Positions 1-10,068 of a stretch of 64,000 nucleotides of DNA are shown in pieces. Origin of the DNA: Acidobacteriota bacterium. GTDB taxonomy: Bacteria; Acidobacteriota; UBA6911; RPQK01; JAJDTT01. Each line of letters starts with the position of its first letter. Position 1 is the first letter of the stretch. The DNA is taken from NCBI GenBank assembly GCA_965116695.1, contig OZ220706.1, positions 3,024,283 to 3,088,282 on the forward strand. The letters run 5' to 3'. The notes below the pieces were generated by a model that was given only the letters and a program-made list of their open reading frames with translations, was not told where the DNA came from and made no database searches. Position numbers and translations under genes: made by a program.

Positions 1-2439
1 CACACCCACGAGAGGTTGCAGATGCCTCCCCAGGGGAAGCTCAGCGACCGGAACATCGAGGATCTGCGCAGTTGGATCGACGCCGGCGCCGTCTGGCCGG
101 ACACCGGCGACAAGTTGATCGCCTCAAATCCCGCAGCCACCTACGCGGTCACGCCGGAGCAGCGGGCCTTCTGGTCTTTGCGGCCGCTGCAGGAAACCGA
201 TCCTCCCGGCGTGGGGGATGCCTCCCGGCCGGGAAACCCCATCGACCATTTCATCCGGGACCGGCTGGAAGAGGAGGGCTTGGCGCCCGTCGGGTCCGCC
301 GACCGGCGTACTCTCATCCGGAGAGCCAGCTTCGACTTGATCGGACTTCCGCCCACGCCCGAGGAGGTGGAGGCCTTCGTCTCCGACTCCTCCCCGGATG
401 CCTTCTCCCGGGTCGTGGAGCGGCTGCTGGCCTCCCGGCACTATGGAGAGCGCTGGGGACGACACTGGCTGGACCTGGCCCGCTATTCCGACGGCAGATT
501 GGGAGCCCGGACGGACACTCCCTATCCCAACGCCTTCCGATACCGGGATTGGGTCGTCGAGGCGTTCAACCGGGACCTGCCCTACGATCAATTCATCCTG
601 GCCCAGGTGGCGGCCGATCAATTGCCCGTCGAGAGCCGGGAGGAATTGCTGGCGGGCCTGGGCTTTCTCGCCATTGCTCCCAACCTGGACGATGTGGTGG
701 ACGTGACGGCCCGAACTTTTCTGGGACTGACCGTGGGCTGCGCCCGCTGTCACGACCACAAGTACGACCCCATACCCACTCAGGACTTCTATTCCCTGAA
801 GGGTGTGTTCACCAGCAGCAAAGCCGCGGAACACCCTCTGGTGGCCGACCCTGTCGTCCAGGCCTACAAGCAGAGCCAGGAGCGGATCAACGCCCAGAAG
901 GAAGCGATTCAGGCCTTCATCGAAGCTCAATCGAAGCAACTGTCGGAAATCCTGATGGGCCAGACCTCCGACTACATGGTGGCCGCCTGGAAGGCGAGGA
1001 ACGGGAGTCCGCAGACGCCGCCGGCCGAACTGGACTCGGAGATCCTGGGGCGATGGGTCGAGTACCTGGGCCGAACGGACCTGGAACACCCCTACCTGCG
1101 TGAGTGGGAAGAGCTTGGAGAACAGGGAGGAACTCTCCAACAGGTGAACGATCTCTCCCGCCGCTTCCAGGACACGGTGCTGTCCGTCCACGCCGAGAAA
1201 AAGGCCATCGAAGACCGGAACTACGTGAAGTTGGGAGGGGCCAAAGGGGTCGCCGACCAGGGCACCCGACAGTTCACGAACCTGGAGTTCCTCGACCTGG
1301 AGAAGTGGTACCTGTGGAGGGACCTGGCGGCGGGGCCTCATCCCAGAGGGAGCTTCCGGTTCCCCGGCGGAGTGTATTACTACGGTGCGGAAGAAGGGCT
1401 GGAGATCGACCGCTTTCTCAGCCCGGTCTGGAAGGGTCACCTGGATCGGATGCGCGCCGAGTTGAAGCGTCTGGAGGACTCGGCTCCCGAGCCCTATCCG
1501 TTTCTCCACATTTACCAGGACCGGGAGAAACCGGAGGACCTCCAGATTGCCATCCGGGGCGACAGAAAGAACCTGGGGGACGTGGCTCCACGAAGGTTCC
1601 TCCACATCCTGAGCCAGGGGACCCCGAAACCATTCACCAAAGGGAGCGGCCGCCTGGAGTTGGCCAAGGCCATTGCCGATCCCGGCAACCCCCTGACCGC
1701 GCGAGTCATGGTGAATCGGATCTGGCAGCACCACTTCGGCCGGGGACTCATTTCCACGCCGAGCAATCTGGGGAGATTGGGAGAACCGGCCAGCCATCCC
1801 CGGCTCCTGGACTACCTGGCGGGGCGCTTCATTCGCGGCGGGTGGTCGGTCAAACAACTCCACAAGGAGATCATGTTGTCGGCCGCCTATGCGCGCAGCA
1901 GCCGGCACCACGGGGAGAATTTCCGGAAGGATCCCGAGAACCGGCTTCTGTGGCGGATGAACCCGATTCAGAGGCTGGACGCTGAGGCCCTGCGGGACAC
2001 GATACTGGCCGTATCGGGAAGTCTGGACCGGACGCCGGGCGGACCGCCGAATCCGCTGGACGAAGAGCACCAGCGGCGTGCCCTGTACGCCACCGTCAGC
2101 CGGACCCAGCCCGACCGGGCCATGGCTCTGTTCGATTTTCCCGACCCCAATGCCCACAGTTCCCGGCGCACCGTGACCGTGGGTCCCATGCAGCGCCTCT
2201 TTTTCCTGAACAGCCCCTTTGTCATGGAGCAGGCGAAAGCCCTGGCCGGCCGCTTGGCCAGAGAGTCTCCGCAAGGGAACCGGGCCCGGATCCGACGGGC
2301 CTACCAATTGCTGTACGGACGTCCCCCGGATCCGTCCGAGATCCGCATGGGGCTCGAATACCTGGAGGGTGAAAAGGATCCCTGGCCCAAGTACGCCCAG
2401 ATGCTGCTGGCGTCCAGCGAGTTCAGTTCGGTGAATTGA
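1..2439 (+). CDS. PSD1/planctomycete cytochrome c domain protein (DUF1549 + DUF1553), 5'-truncated by window edge
   Basis: Motifs NPIDHFI, LIRRASFDLIGLPP, YGERWGRHWLDLARY, heme motif CARCHDHKYDP, NPLTARVMVNRIWQHHFGRG; begins mid-domain (MPP..WIDAGA.W). Confidence 0.9.
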   Translation, partial: HTHERLQMPPQGKLSDRNIEDLRSWIDAGAVWPDTGDKLIASNPAATYAVTPEQRAFWSLRPLQETDPPGVGDASRPGNPIDHFIRDRLEEEGLAPVGSADRRTLIRRASFDLIGLPPTPEEVEAFVSDSSPDAFSRVVERLLASRHYGERWGRHWLDLARYSDGRLGARTDTPYPNAFRYRDWVVEAFNRDLPYDQFILAQVAADQLPVESREELLAGLGFLAIAPNLDDVVDVTARTFLGLTVGCARCHDHKYDPIPTQDFYSLKGVFTSSKAAEHPLVADPVVQAYKQSQERINAQKEAIQAFIEAQSKQLSEILMGQTSDYMVAAWKARNGSPQTPPAELDSEILGRWVEYLGRTDLEHPYLREWEELGEQGGTLQQVNDLSRRFQDTVLSVHAEKKAIEDRNYVKLGGAKGVADQGTRQFTNLEFLDLEKWYLWRDLAAGPHPRGSFRFPGGVYYYGAEEGLEIDRFLSPVWKGHLDRMRAELKRLEDSAPEPYPFLHIYQDREKPEDLQIAIRGDRKNLGDVAPRRFLHILSQGTPKPFTKGSGRLELAKAIADPGNPLTARVMVNRIWQHHFGRGLISTPSNLGRLGEPASHPRLLDYLAGRFIRGGWSVKQLHKEIMLSAAYARSSRHHGENFRKDPENRLLWRMNPIQRLDAEALRDTILAVSGSLDRTPGGPPNPLDEEHQRRALYATVSRTQPDRAMALFDFPDPNAHSSRRTVTVGPMQRLFFLNSPFVMEQAKALAGRLARESPQGNRARIRRAYQLLYGRPPDPSEIRMGLEYLEGEKDPWPKYAQMLLASSEFSSVN

Positions 2440-2534
2440 GATGTCCGAACTCAGCCGGGGTTGGCCGGAAATGACTGGCACGGTACTGACAATCCGGGAA
2501 GATTCCCTTACCGTTGCCAAGGGAGGAGCCCAAC

Positions 2535-3908
2535 ATGAACCGACGTGAAATGCTGTCTCTCATGGGAACCGGGTTCGGCACGGTGGGAATGTCCAGCCTG
2601 CTGGCCGGCCCTTCCGGCGACCAGCCCCTGTCTCGCCGGGCACCCCATTTTCCACCCAGGGCCAAGCACGTCATCTTTCTCTTCCTCAACGGCGGGCTCT
2701 CCCAGGTGGACACTTTCGACCCCAAGCCGGCGCTGGACCGGCACCACGGCGATCCGCTTCCCGGCCCCAAGGTCAGGACCGACCGGGCCTCGGGAACCCT
2801 GATGAGATCTCCGTTTCGGTTCCGCCGCCGCGGCGAGAGCGGAATCCCGGTCTCGGAGATCTTTTCGCAAGTGGGCGATTCCATCGACGACTTCTGCGTC
2901 ATCCGCTCCATGCATTCGGACATCGGCAATCACGAGCCCTCCCTGCTCCTCATGAGCTGTGGACATCAGCTTCCCGGTCACCCCTCCATGGGTTCGTGGA
3001 TCACCTACGGGCTGGGCTCCGAGAACGAGAACCTGCCCGGGTTCGTGGTCTTGTGCCCCGGTTATCCCATCGTGGGCCCTCCCCTCTGGTCCTCCGGCTT
3101 CCTTCCCAACACCTACCAGGGGACCCACGTCCGCAACAACGAGACGTCGCCGGAAAAGCTGGTCCGGAACGTTCGGAATCAGAGGTTGCTCCCGGGCGAG
3201 CAGGAGCGGCAGTTGGCTCTGTTGTCCCAACTCAACCGCTCGTACCTGGGACGGCTCGGTCACCAGCCGGAACTGGAGTCGGGCATCGCCGCCATGGAAG
3301 TGGCGTTCCGGATGCAGATGGAAGTGCCCCACGTCTTCGACATCACTCGGGAGAAGGAGTCCACACGCTCCCGGTACGGCGACAGCGACTTCGGCCGGGG
3401 CTGCCTCATGGCCCTTCGCCTGGTGGAGCAGGGGGTTCGCATGGTCCAGGTCTTCTACGGAAGCTCCCAGCCTTGGGACAGCCATGACGACATCCAGGAC
3501 CACCGACGCCACGCCCAGGTGGCCGACGGTCCCATCGCCGCCCTGATCCGGGACCTGAAGTCACGGGGCCTGTTCGAGGAGACCCTGGTCATCGTCGGCA
3601 GCGAGTTCGGCCGCACCCCCATGATCCAGAACAGCGGCCTGGAGAAGATCGGAAAAGGGCGGGATCACAACGTGCACGGCTACAGCACGCTTCTGGCGGG
3701 AGGTGGAATTCGGGGCGGCTGCACCTACGGCGCCACCGACGAATTCGGATACAAGGCCGTGGAAAACCGGGTCCATCCCAACGACCTGCATGCCACGATC
3801 CTGCATCTCCTGGGCTTGGACCACACCCGATTGACTTTTCGTTACAGCGGGAGGGACTTCCGCCTCACCGACGTGGGAGGCAAGGTCCTCCACGACGTCC
3901 TGGCATGA
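2535..3908 (+). CDS. DUF1501 domain protein (sulfatase-like fold, Tat-like N-terminus)
   Basis: RBS GGAGGAG before ATG 2535; MNRREML; AKHVIFLFLNGGLSQVDTFDPKP, SEFGRTP, GRDH; usual partner of DUF1553 genes. Confidence 0.9.
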   Translation: MNRREMLSLMGTGFGTVGMSSLLAGPSGDQPLSRRAPHFPPRAKHVIFLFLNGGLSQVDTFDPKPALDRHHGDPLPGPKVRTDRASGTLMRSPFRFRRRGESGIPVSEIFSQVGDSIDDFCVIRSMHSDIGNHEPSLLLMSCGHQLPGHPSMGSWITYGLGSENENLPGFVVLCPGYPIVGPPLWSSGFLPNTYQGTHVRNNETSPEKLVRNVRNQRLLPGEQERQLALLSQLNRSYLGRLGHQPELESGIAAMEVAFRMQMEVPHVFDITREKESTRSRYGDSDFGRGCLMALRLVEQGVRMVQVFYGSSQPWDSHDDIQDHRRHAQVADGPIAALIRDLKSRGLFEETLVIVGSEFGRTPMIQNSGLEKIGKGRDHNVHGYSTLLAGGGIRGGCTYGATDEFGYKAVENRVHPNDLHATILHLLGLDHTRLTFRYSGRDFRLTDVGGKVLHDVLA

Positions 3909-3911
3909 CCG

Positions 3912-6167
3912 TCACGGCGCCAGGAGCCGAGCCGCCCGCTCGACCTCGCCGGAGAAGGCCCGGATCAAGCCGGCCGTCCGTTCGATCTGCGCCTCGACCT
4001 GTTCCCAGCTCCGCTGCTCGATGGCCTCTCGTACTCCGGGAAGGGTCTTGACACCGTACCCGGTGTAGAAGCCGGGCGCGTAGATGTGGTGCCGGTACCA
4101 GGGACGCCCCGGCAGCCCCTCCGGGTGCGCGAACTTCTGCTCCAACCCCATCAGGATCCGATTCAACTGCAGACGTTCCGGCTCCGGAAGCGCGCCGCCC
4201 GATGCGAAACGGCCGTAGCCGCGCGCATATTCGCGGGCGCTGGCCTGAAGTCCCGCCACGGCGTTTCGAAGCGGCGCGAAGTTGAAGAAGGGAACGGCGT
4301 CCCGAGGCGCGGGAGGGACGTAGGTCCGGGTCGGATCCGCCGCCGCCTTCAGGTAGCCCTCCCGAACCCAACGGTTCAGGGCTTCGGTCCCGCGGCGCAT
4401 TTCGCCGGCCAGATCCAGGACCTCCGTCAGGTAGCCCTCCAGGGTGGCGGCCAGGCGGGTGAACTCCAGCGGCAGGACCTCCGCGTTGGCCATCCGAAGA
4501 ACGATTCTGCCGGCCACCTGGGCCAGGACCACGCCGTACCGGTATCCCGGATCCATGAACCGGCGGTAATGGTCGAAGGAGTCATAGAGGGAATGGTAGG
4601 AGCCCTGGGAGGACTCGCCGCCGAAAGCCAGATTCAGGCTGGCGATTCCCAGGTGCTGGAGAAACGGAGTGTAGTCGGAACCCGAGCCCAGGGCTCCCAG
4701 CTTCACCCGCTCCACCGGTGCAAGCGGCAGCGGATCGACGGAGACCGTTCGCCGGGCCAGGGAACGCTGCAGGACGCTCAGGTCCGTCTGGGGATCGTCG
4801 ACGTCCCTCGCCGCCTGGTTGACCAGCGTCTCCAGGCTGTGGGAGCCTCCGGCGCTCAGGAATCCACGGCCGTTGGAGTCGCTGTTCACGTATACGACGG
4901 CCTTTTTCTTCAACTCGCCGGCGTATTCCTCCGCCCACTCGGTGGAGCCGATCAGGCCCGGCTCCTCGGCGTCCCAGGCGGCGTAGACGATGCTGCGGCG
5001 AGGACGCCAACCGTCTTTGGTCAGGCTGGCCACCGCCCGGGCCTCGGCCAGCATGGCGGCCACGCCGCTCACCGGATCCCTGGCGCCGTGGACCCAGGCG
5101 TCATGATGGTTCCCGCGGAGGATCCACTGGTCCGGCTCTTCCCGGCCTTCCAGCCGGGCGATGACGTTGTAGGCGGGAACCAGGTCCCAGTTGAACTCCA
5201 GCTTGAGGCGCACCGTGGCCGGACCCGGACCCACGTGGTAGGTGATGGGCAGAGCGCCGCGCCAGTGAAGGGGGGCCACCGGACCCTCCAGCGCGCTGAG
5301 CAGGGGAAGGGCGTCTTCATGGGAGATGGGAAGGACCGGAATTCGAGGCAGGGTGGGCGCTTCGCTCCGGGACAATCTCTCGGCGTCCTCCGTCGCCGCC
5401 GTGAAGGGGGTCAATGGATCTCCGGGATGGACAGGCATGTCGAGGACCGATCCCCTCTCCACTCCATCCTCATTCCGAAACGGACCCGTGGGATAGGCGT
5501 CACCCTGGAAATACCCGTCCTCTTTGGGATCGGAATAGATGATGCAGGCCAGCGCGCCCCGCTCGGCCGCCAGCTTGGGCTTGAGCCCCCTCCAGGAACC
5601 ACCGTAGCGGGCGATGACGATCCGATCCTTGACCTGGATACCCCGGCGTTCCAGTTGCTCGTAATCGGCCGGGATTCCGTAGTTGACGTAGACCAGTTGA
5701 CCGGTCGCCTCCCCGTCCGGCGAGTAGGCGTTGTAGGCGGGCAGGATTTCCGAGGTCTGGCCGGACGTGGAATCCTCGGCCAGCGCGGGTTCCTTCAGGC
5801 GGGCTCGAAAAGGCTCGGGCTCCAGCATTTCCAACCGGCGGAGCTTGGGTGTGGGAAAGAGGATCCGGTACTCGTCCAACCGGGCCTCGTACCCCCAGGA
5901 ACGGAACAGGGACGCCATGAACTCGGCGTTTTCGCGGCCTTTGGGAGAGCCCGGATGATGCGGGCGGGAACTGAGTTTTCGGATCCATTCTTCAATCTGC
6001 GCCGGATCCAGGTCGGCGTCCATTTTCGATTCCAGGCGCCGCTGCTCCTGGGCCGCGGCGGGAGAAAATCCCAAGATTCCGGGAGGATCCTCCGGCGCGC
6101 TCTCCACCGGAGGCCAACCGCACCACAGGATCAGAGAAACGATTCCACAACAACTGAAGACACGCAT
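3912..6167 (-). CDS. M28 family peptidase (glutamate carboxypeptidase II-like; PA and TfR-dimerisation domains), exported
   Basis: Signal-like N-terminus MRVFSCCGIVSLILW; LVYVNYG, GNHHDAW, WDAEEPGLIGSTEW, GSGSDY, YHSLYD, RPWYRH. Confidence 0.92.
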   Translation of the reverse strand: MRVFSCCGIVSLILWCGWPPVESAPEDPPGILGFSPAAAQEQRRLESKMDADLDPAQIEEWIRKLSSRPHHPGSPKGRENAEFMASLFRSWGYEARLDEYRILFPTPKLRRLEMLEPEPFRARLKEPALAEDSTSGQTSEILPAYNAYSPDGEATGQLVYVNYGIPADYEQLERRGIQVKDRIVIARYGGSWRGLKPKLAAERGALACIIYSDPKEDGYFQGDAYPTGPFRNEDGVERGSVLDMPVHPGDPLTPFTAATEDAERLSRSEAPTLPRIPVLPISHEDALPLLSALEGPVAPLHWRGALPITYHVGPGPATVRLKLEFNWDLVPAYNVIARLEGREEPDQWILRGNHHDAWVHGARDPVSGVAAMLAEARAVASLTKDGWRPRRSIVYAAWDAEEPGLIGSTEWAEEYAGELKKKAVVYVNSDSNGRGFLSAGGSHSLETLVNQAARDVDDPQTDLSVLQRSLARRTVSVDPLPLAPVERVKLGALGSGSDYTPFLQHLGIASLNLAFGGESSQGSYHSLYDSFDHYRRFMDPGYRYGVVLAQVAGRIVLRMANAEVLPLEFTRLAATLEGYLTEVLDLAGEMRRGTEALNRWVREGYLKAAADPTRTYVPPAPRDAVPFFNFAPLRNAVAGLQASAREYARGYGRFASGGALPEPERLQLNRILMGLEQKFAHPEGLPGRPWYRHHIYAPGFYTGYGVKTLPGVREAIEQRSWEQVEAQIERTAGLIRAFSGEVERAARLLAP

Positions 6168-6196
6168 CGAAAACCTCCGGGAGGTTCTGGACCGAC

Positions 6197-7990
6197 TCAA
6201 AACGGCCAGAATCGGGGAATGAACACTGTTGCCACGACCCAGAAGAGGAGACTCAAGGGACCACCGAATCGGGTGAAGTCCAGAAACCGGTAGTTGCCGG
6301 GAGCATAGACCATGAGATTGGTCTGGTAGCCCATGGGAGTGAGAAACGCCGATGACGCGGCGAAGCAGGTCGCCATGAGAAAGGGCCTCGCGTCCACGCC
6401 CAACGCGGCCGCCAGGCTCAGGCCCACCGGCGGCATCAGGACGGCGGTGGCCGCATTGGACACCACCTGAGTCAGGGCGCAGGTGACCAGGTAGATCAGC
6501 GCCACCCCTACATAAGGGGCGATCCCCGACCCCTCGAAGAAAGAGACCACGATCAGTATCTGGTCGGCGATGTAGCCGGCCGTGCCGGTCTCGATCATGG
6601 CCTCCCCCACCGGGATCAACGACGCGATCAGGACGACTACCGACCAGTCGATGGAGCGGTAGGTCTCCTGCGGGGAGAGAATGGCGAGAAAAAGGAGTAG
6701 CACCACCGCCAGAAACGCACCCTTCAGAATCTCCACGGTGCCCACGGCGGCCAGGAGCACCATAACCGGAATCAAAGCCAGGACCAGCCACCAAAGGCGG
6801 CCTCTTCTGATGTGGAGATCGACCTCCGAGATGATGATGAGGTCTTCGGACCGCCTGAGCTCGTCGACGCGATCGGGGGCCGCCAGCATCAGCAGCGTGT
6901 CGGAAAAACGCAACGGAATAGACGCCAGCTTTTCCCGCATGATCTCCCCATGGCGGCGGACAGCCAGCACGAAAGCCCGGTAGTGTTGGCGAAAGTCGGC
7001 ATCCCTCAGGGTCTTGCCGACGAGGGAACTGGTGCGGGTGACCAGGCCCTCCGCCATGATTTGACCCTCACGGGCCAGCTCCTGATCGTTGAGCTTGATG
7101 TCCGAAAGCAGGGCCAGGCCCAATTCCCTTCGCAGCCTGAAGAGGTTGTCGACGGTCCCGCGGACGATGAGGATGTCGCCGACACCGAGACGCTCGTTTC
7201 GAATGTTCTGGGAAACATGCTGGCCGTCTCTCAGGATCGAGAGGACGGTGATGTCGTAGGTCTCGTTCATGCCGACTTCCAGGCAGCTTTTTCCGGCGAG
7301 CTTCGACTTTTCCTGGATCCGGATCTCGGTCAGGTAGGCGCCCATGTGGTAGTTCCCGGACAGGGAGACGGGAGTGGATCGGGCGGGCAGAAGGCGCCGG
7401 GCGAGAAGGCAGACGTAGATCAGTCCGATACCCAGCAACAGGATCCCCAAAGGAAAAAACTCGAACATTCCGAAAGCAGTCTGACCGGCTTTCTCCGCGA
7501 CAGAACTGACGATCAGATTGGTGGACGTCCCCACCAGGGTCAGGGTTCCGCCCGCCATGCTGGCGAAGGAGAGGGGGATCAGGGCTTTGCTGGGACTCAG
7601 GTGAAAGCGGCGGCACAGGCTGATGGCCAGGGGAATGAAGACCGCCACCACGGCGGTATTGTTCAGAAAGCCGGAGAGAATGCCGGCGACTCCCAGGAAT
7701 ATGCACATTCCCAGCCATTTCCGGGTCCCTACCTGGCGGCTGAGACGGTCGGCGGCCACCTCCAGAATACCGGTCTTCACCAGGGCGTGACTCAGGACGA
7801 ACATGGCGGCTATGGTAATCACCGCCTTGTTGCTGAATCCCGAAACGGCCTGTTCGACGGTGAGGGTTCCGGTCACCAAAAGAACGCCCAACAGGCCGAC
7901 CGCCGTCACCTCGATGGGGAAGATTTCCAGTGAGAACACCACCAGCGCGACCACTATCAGTCCCAACATGAAGGCGATCTCGAAGGTCAT
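6197..7990 (-). CDS. SLC13/CitMHS-family permease with TrkA-C domains
   Basis: Many TM helices; SGFLNNTA, GGTLTLVGTSTNL, VSNAATA, TPMGYQTN; central soluble TrkA_C repeats; ATGA overlap with upstream gene. Confidence 0.9.
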   Translation of the reverse strand: MTFEIAFMLGLIVVALVVFSLEIFPIEVTAVGLLGVLLVTGTLTVEQAVSGFSNKAVITIAAMFVLSHALVKTGILEVAADRLSRQVGTRKWLGMCIFLGVAGILSGFLNNTAVVAVFIPLAISLCRRFHLSPSKALIPLSFASMAGGTLTLVGTSTNLIVSSVAEKAGQTAFGMFEFFPLGILLLGIGLIYVCLLARRLLPARSTPVSLSGNYHMGAYLTEIRIQEKSKLAGKSCLEVGMNETYDITVLSILRDGQHVSQNIRNERLGVGDILIVRGTVDNLFRLRRELGLALLSDIKLNDQELAREGQIMAEGLVTRTSSLVGKTLRDADFRQHYRAFVLAVRRHGEIMREKLASIPLRFSDTLLMLAAPDRVDELRRSEDLIIISEVDLHIRRGRLWWLVLALIPVMVLLAAVGTVEILKGAFLAVVLLLFLAILSPQETYRSIDWSVVVLIASLIPVGEAMIETGTAGYIADQILIVVSFFEGSGIAPYVGVALIYLVTCALTQVVSNAATAVLMPPVGLSLAAALGVDARPFLMATCFAASSAFLTPMGYQTNLMVYAPGNYRFLDFTRFGGPLSLLFWVVATVFIPRFWPF

Positions 7991-10068
7991 GACGCACTGT
8001 CCCCCCGCACTTGGGAATCCTGTCCCGTGTACCTGGACCGCAGTTGTCGCCGCAGGATCTTGTTGGACGCGGTGCGGGGCATCTGGTGAACCATCTTCAC
8101 GTCGTGCAGCCTGAACAGCGGGTTGAGCCGGTCCGCGATCATCTGCCGAAAGATCCGCAGGAGTGCTTCCTCGTCGAACCCCGGTTCCGGCGTGGCCGGG
8201 ACGGCGTAGACCACCAGCCGGGTCGCGCCTCCATCGGGAGGAGAGACCGCCACCGCCGCCGTCTCGCCGATCCCCGGAACCCGGTTCAAGACTCGTTCGA
8301 TCTCTGCCGACCCCACCTTGATGCCGCCCAGGTTCATGGTGTCGTCCATCCGTCCCTGAGCCCGGTAGTAACCGTTGCCGAGCCGCTCCATCCGGTCTCC
8401 ATGACGCCGCAGCGGGACCCCTTCCGTCCCCTGGGGCGTCCCGGCAAAGTACTCCCGGTGGTGGTCCCGGTTCAAGAGGCGGGTGGAGAGGCCGATCGAC
8501 GGCGGAACGATGAAGATCTCCCCCTGGCCGGACTCGGCGCCGCGCCGGTCCAGAATGGTCAGACTCATCCCCAGAGCCGCCGTCGAGAAGGCTGAGGCGA
8601 CAGAAGGCTGCACCACGGTTCCCGTGATGTAGGCGCCGCCGATCTCGGTTCCGCCGCAATATTCGACCACCGGCCGGTACCCCGCCCGGGAGGTCAGATA
8701 GTGCATGTCGTCGGGATTCGAGCATTCTCCCGTGGAGGTGAAGACCCTGACCGAGGACCAGTCGAGTCCTTCCACGCAGTTTCCGGCCCGCCAGGCCCCG
8801 ACCAGAGTGGGCACGACCCCCAGAACGCTCACCTTCGCATCCTGCACGAATTCGCAGAATTTCCTGGATGTGGGAATGCCGTCGAAGAGCGCGATGGTGG
8901 CTCCGTTGATGAGGGAAGCATAGATCAGCCAAGGCCCCATCATCCATCCCAGGCTCGTCGGCCATGCCACCACGTCTCCCTCCCGAATGTCCTGATGCAG
9001 ACATCCGTCGGCGGCGCACTTGATGGGGGTCAGGTGGGTGAACGGAATGGCCTTGGGCTCACCCGTGGTCCCCGAGGAGAAGAGAATGTTGATGGCGTCA
9101 TCGGGATCACACGCCACCGCCCGGAAAGCCTCGTCCTCACTCAGGAATTCGTCCCACGACAGGTCTCCCTCCCGCAGCGGTTCGGAGAGGCGTCCCCGGG
9201 CCGGAACCACCACCGCCGCCGGAGCGCCGGCCTCCAACATCCTGGTGTAAAGGGGCAGCTCCCGGGAACCGCGCAGAATCCGGTCCTGGGTGAAGAGGGC
9301 CTTGGCTTCTCCGACCCTGAGCCGGGTCCGGACCTCCGGCGCGGAAAAGCTCTCGGCGATGGTCAGCGCCACGCAACCCGCCTTGACGACACCCAGGTAG
9401 ATGGCCACGGCTTCGACGTTCATGGGCATGTCGATGGCAACCGTGCCGCCCGGTTCCACTCCCAGGCGGGGCAGCGCGTTGGCGACACGGTTCGAAAGGG
9501 AGTCCAGTTCCTTCCGGGTCAGACTGGAAACGGGCGCTCCCTCCCGGTGACAAATGACGGCCGGATCCGAACCGCGGCCAAAACAGCTCTCGGCGATGTT
9601 CATCCTGGCGCCGGGCAGCCATCTCACGTTTTCCGCTCCCGGTGTCGAATCCAGGATCTCGACCGGCGGAGTCCGGAACCGGATCCCCAGTCGCCGGATC
9701 ATCAACTCCCAGTACGCGGAGCGGTTCTCTACGGTCCAGGAGTGGAGTTCGGCATACGATTCCAGACCCAGTCTTTCTTGGATTCGGGCCAGGTTCGTTT
9801 CCTGGGTGGACTCCGGCGAGGGAACGAAAATGGGCGCGGGCCCCGCATCGGGCTCGTAGCCGCACACGGTACGGTGCAGCAGTTGGTGGACCGGGAACGG
9901 ATGTGCCGGACTCAGAAGACCGCTGCTCACTCTTCGCCAGCATTCGGCGGAGGAGCAAGTCCCCAACAGGCGGTTCACTCCCGCAGAGAGCCGCCGCGCT
10001 TCCGGAGGCTCCACCCCGAGGGCGACCAGATCGTCGCTGCGTACCCGTTCGGCAGCAGAGCTTCTCAC
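7987..10068 (-). CDS. AMP-binding acyl-CoA ligase (acetate/acetoacetate-CoA ligase-like, AAE17/18-type)
   Basis: NILFSSGTTGEPK, EYCGGTEIGG, RRHGD, GRMDDTMNLGGIK, PRTASNK; GTG start overlaps upstream TGA. Confidence 0.88.
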   Translation of the reverse strand: MRSSAAERVRSDDLVALGVEPPEARRLSAGVNRLLGTCSSAECWRRVSSGLLSPAHPFPVHQLLHRTVCGYEPDAGPAPIFVPSPESTQETNLARIQERLGLESYAELHSWTVENRSAYWELMIRRLGIRFRTPPVEILDSTPGAENVRWLPGARMNIAESCFGRGSDPAVICHREGAPVSSLTRKELDSLSNRVANALPRLGVEPGGTVAIDMPMNVEAVAIYLGVVKAGCVALTIAESFSAPEVRTRLRVGEAKALFTQDRILRGSRELPLYTRMLEAGAPAAVVVPARGRLSEPLREGDLSWDEFLSEDEAFRAVACDPDDAINILFSSGTTGEPKAIPFTHLTPIKCAADGCLHQDIREGDVVAWPTSLGWMMGPWLIYASLINGATIALFDGIPTSRKFCEFVQDAKVSVLGVVPTLVGAWRAGNCVEGLDWSSVRVFTSTGECSNPDDMHYLTSRAGYRPVVEYCGGTEIGGAYITGTVVQPSVASAFSTAALGMSLTILDRRGAESGQGEIFIVPPSIGLSTRLLNRDHHREYFAGTPQGTEGVPLRRHGDRMERLGNGYYRAQGRMDDTMNLGGIKVGSAEIERVLNRVPGIGETAAVAVSPPDGGATRLVVYAVPATPEPGFDEEALLRIFRQMIADRLNPLFRLHDVKMVHQMPRTASNKILRRQLRSRYTGQDSQVRGDSAS

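Noticed and set aside
2475-2489. TGGCACG, a sigma54 -24-like motif before the DUF1501 gene
   Set aside because: The -12 position reads TGAC, so the required GG-N10-GC spacing is not met
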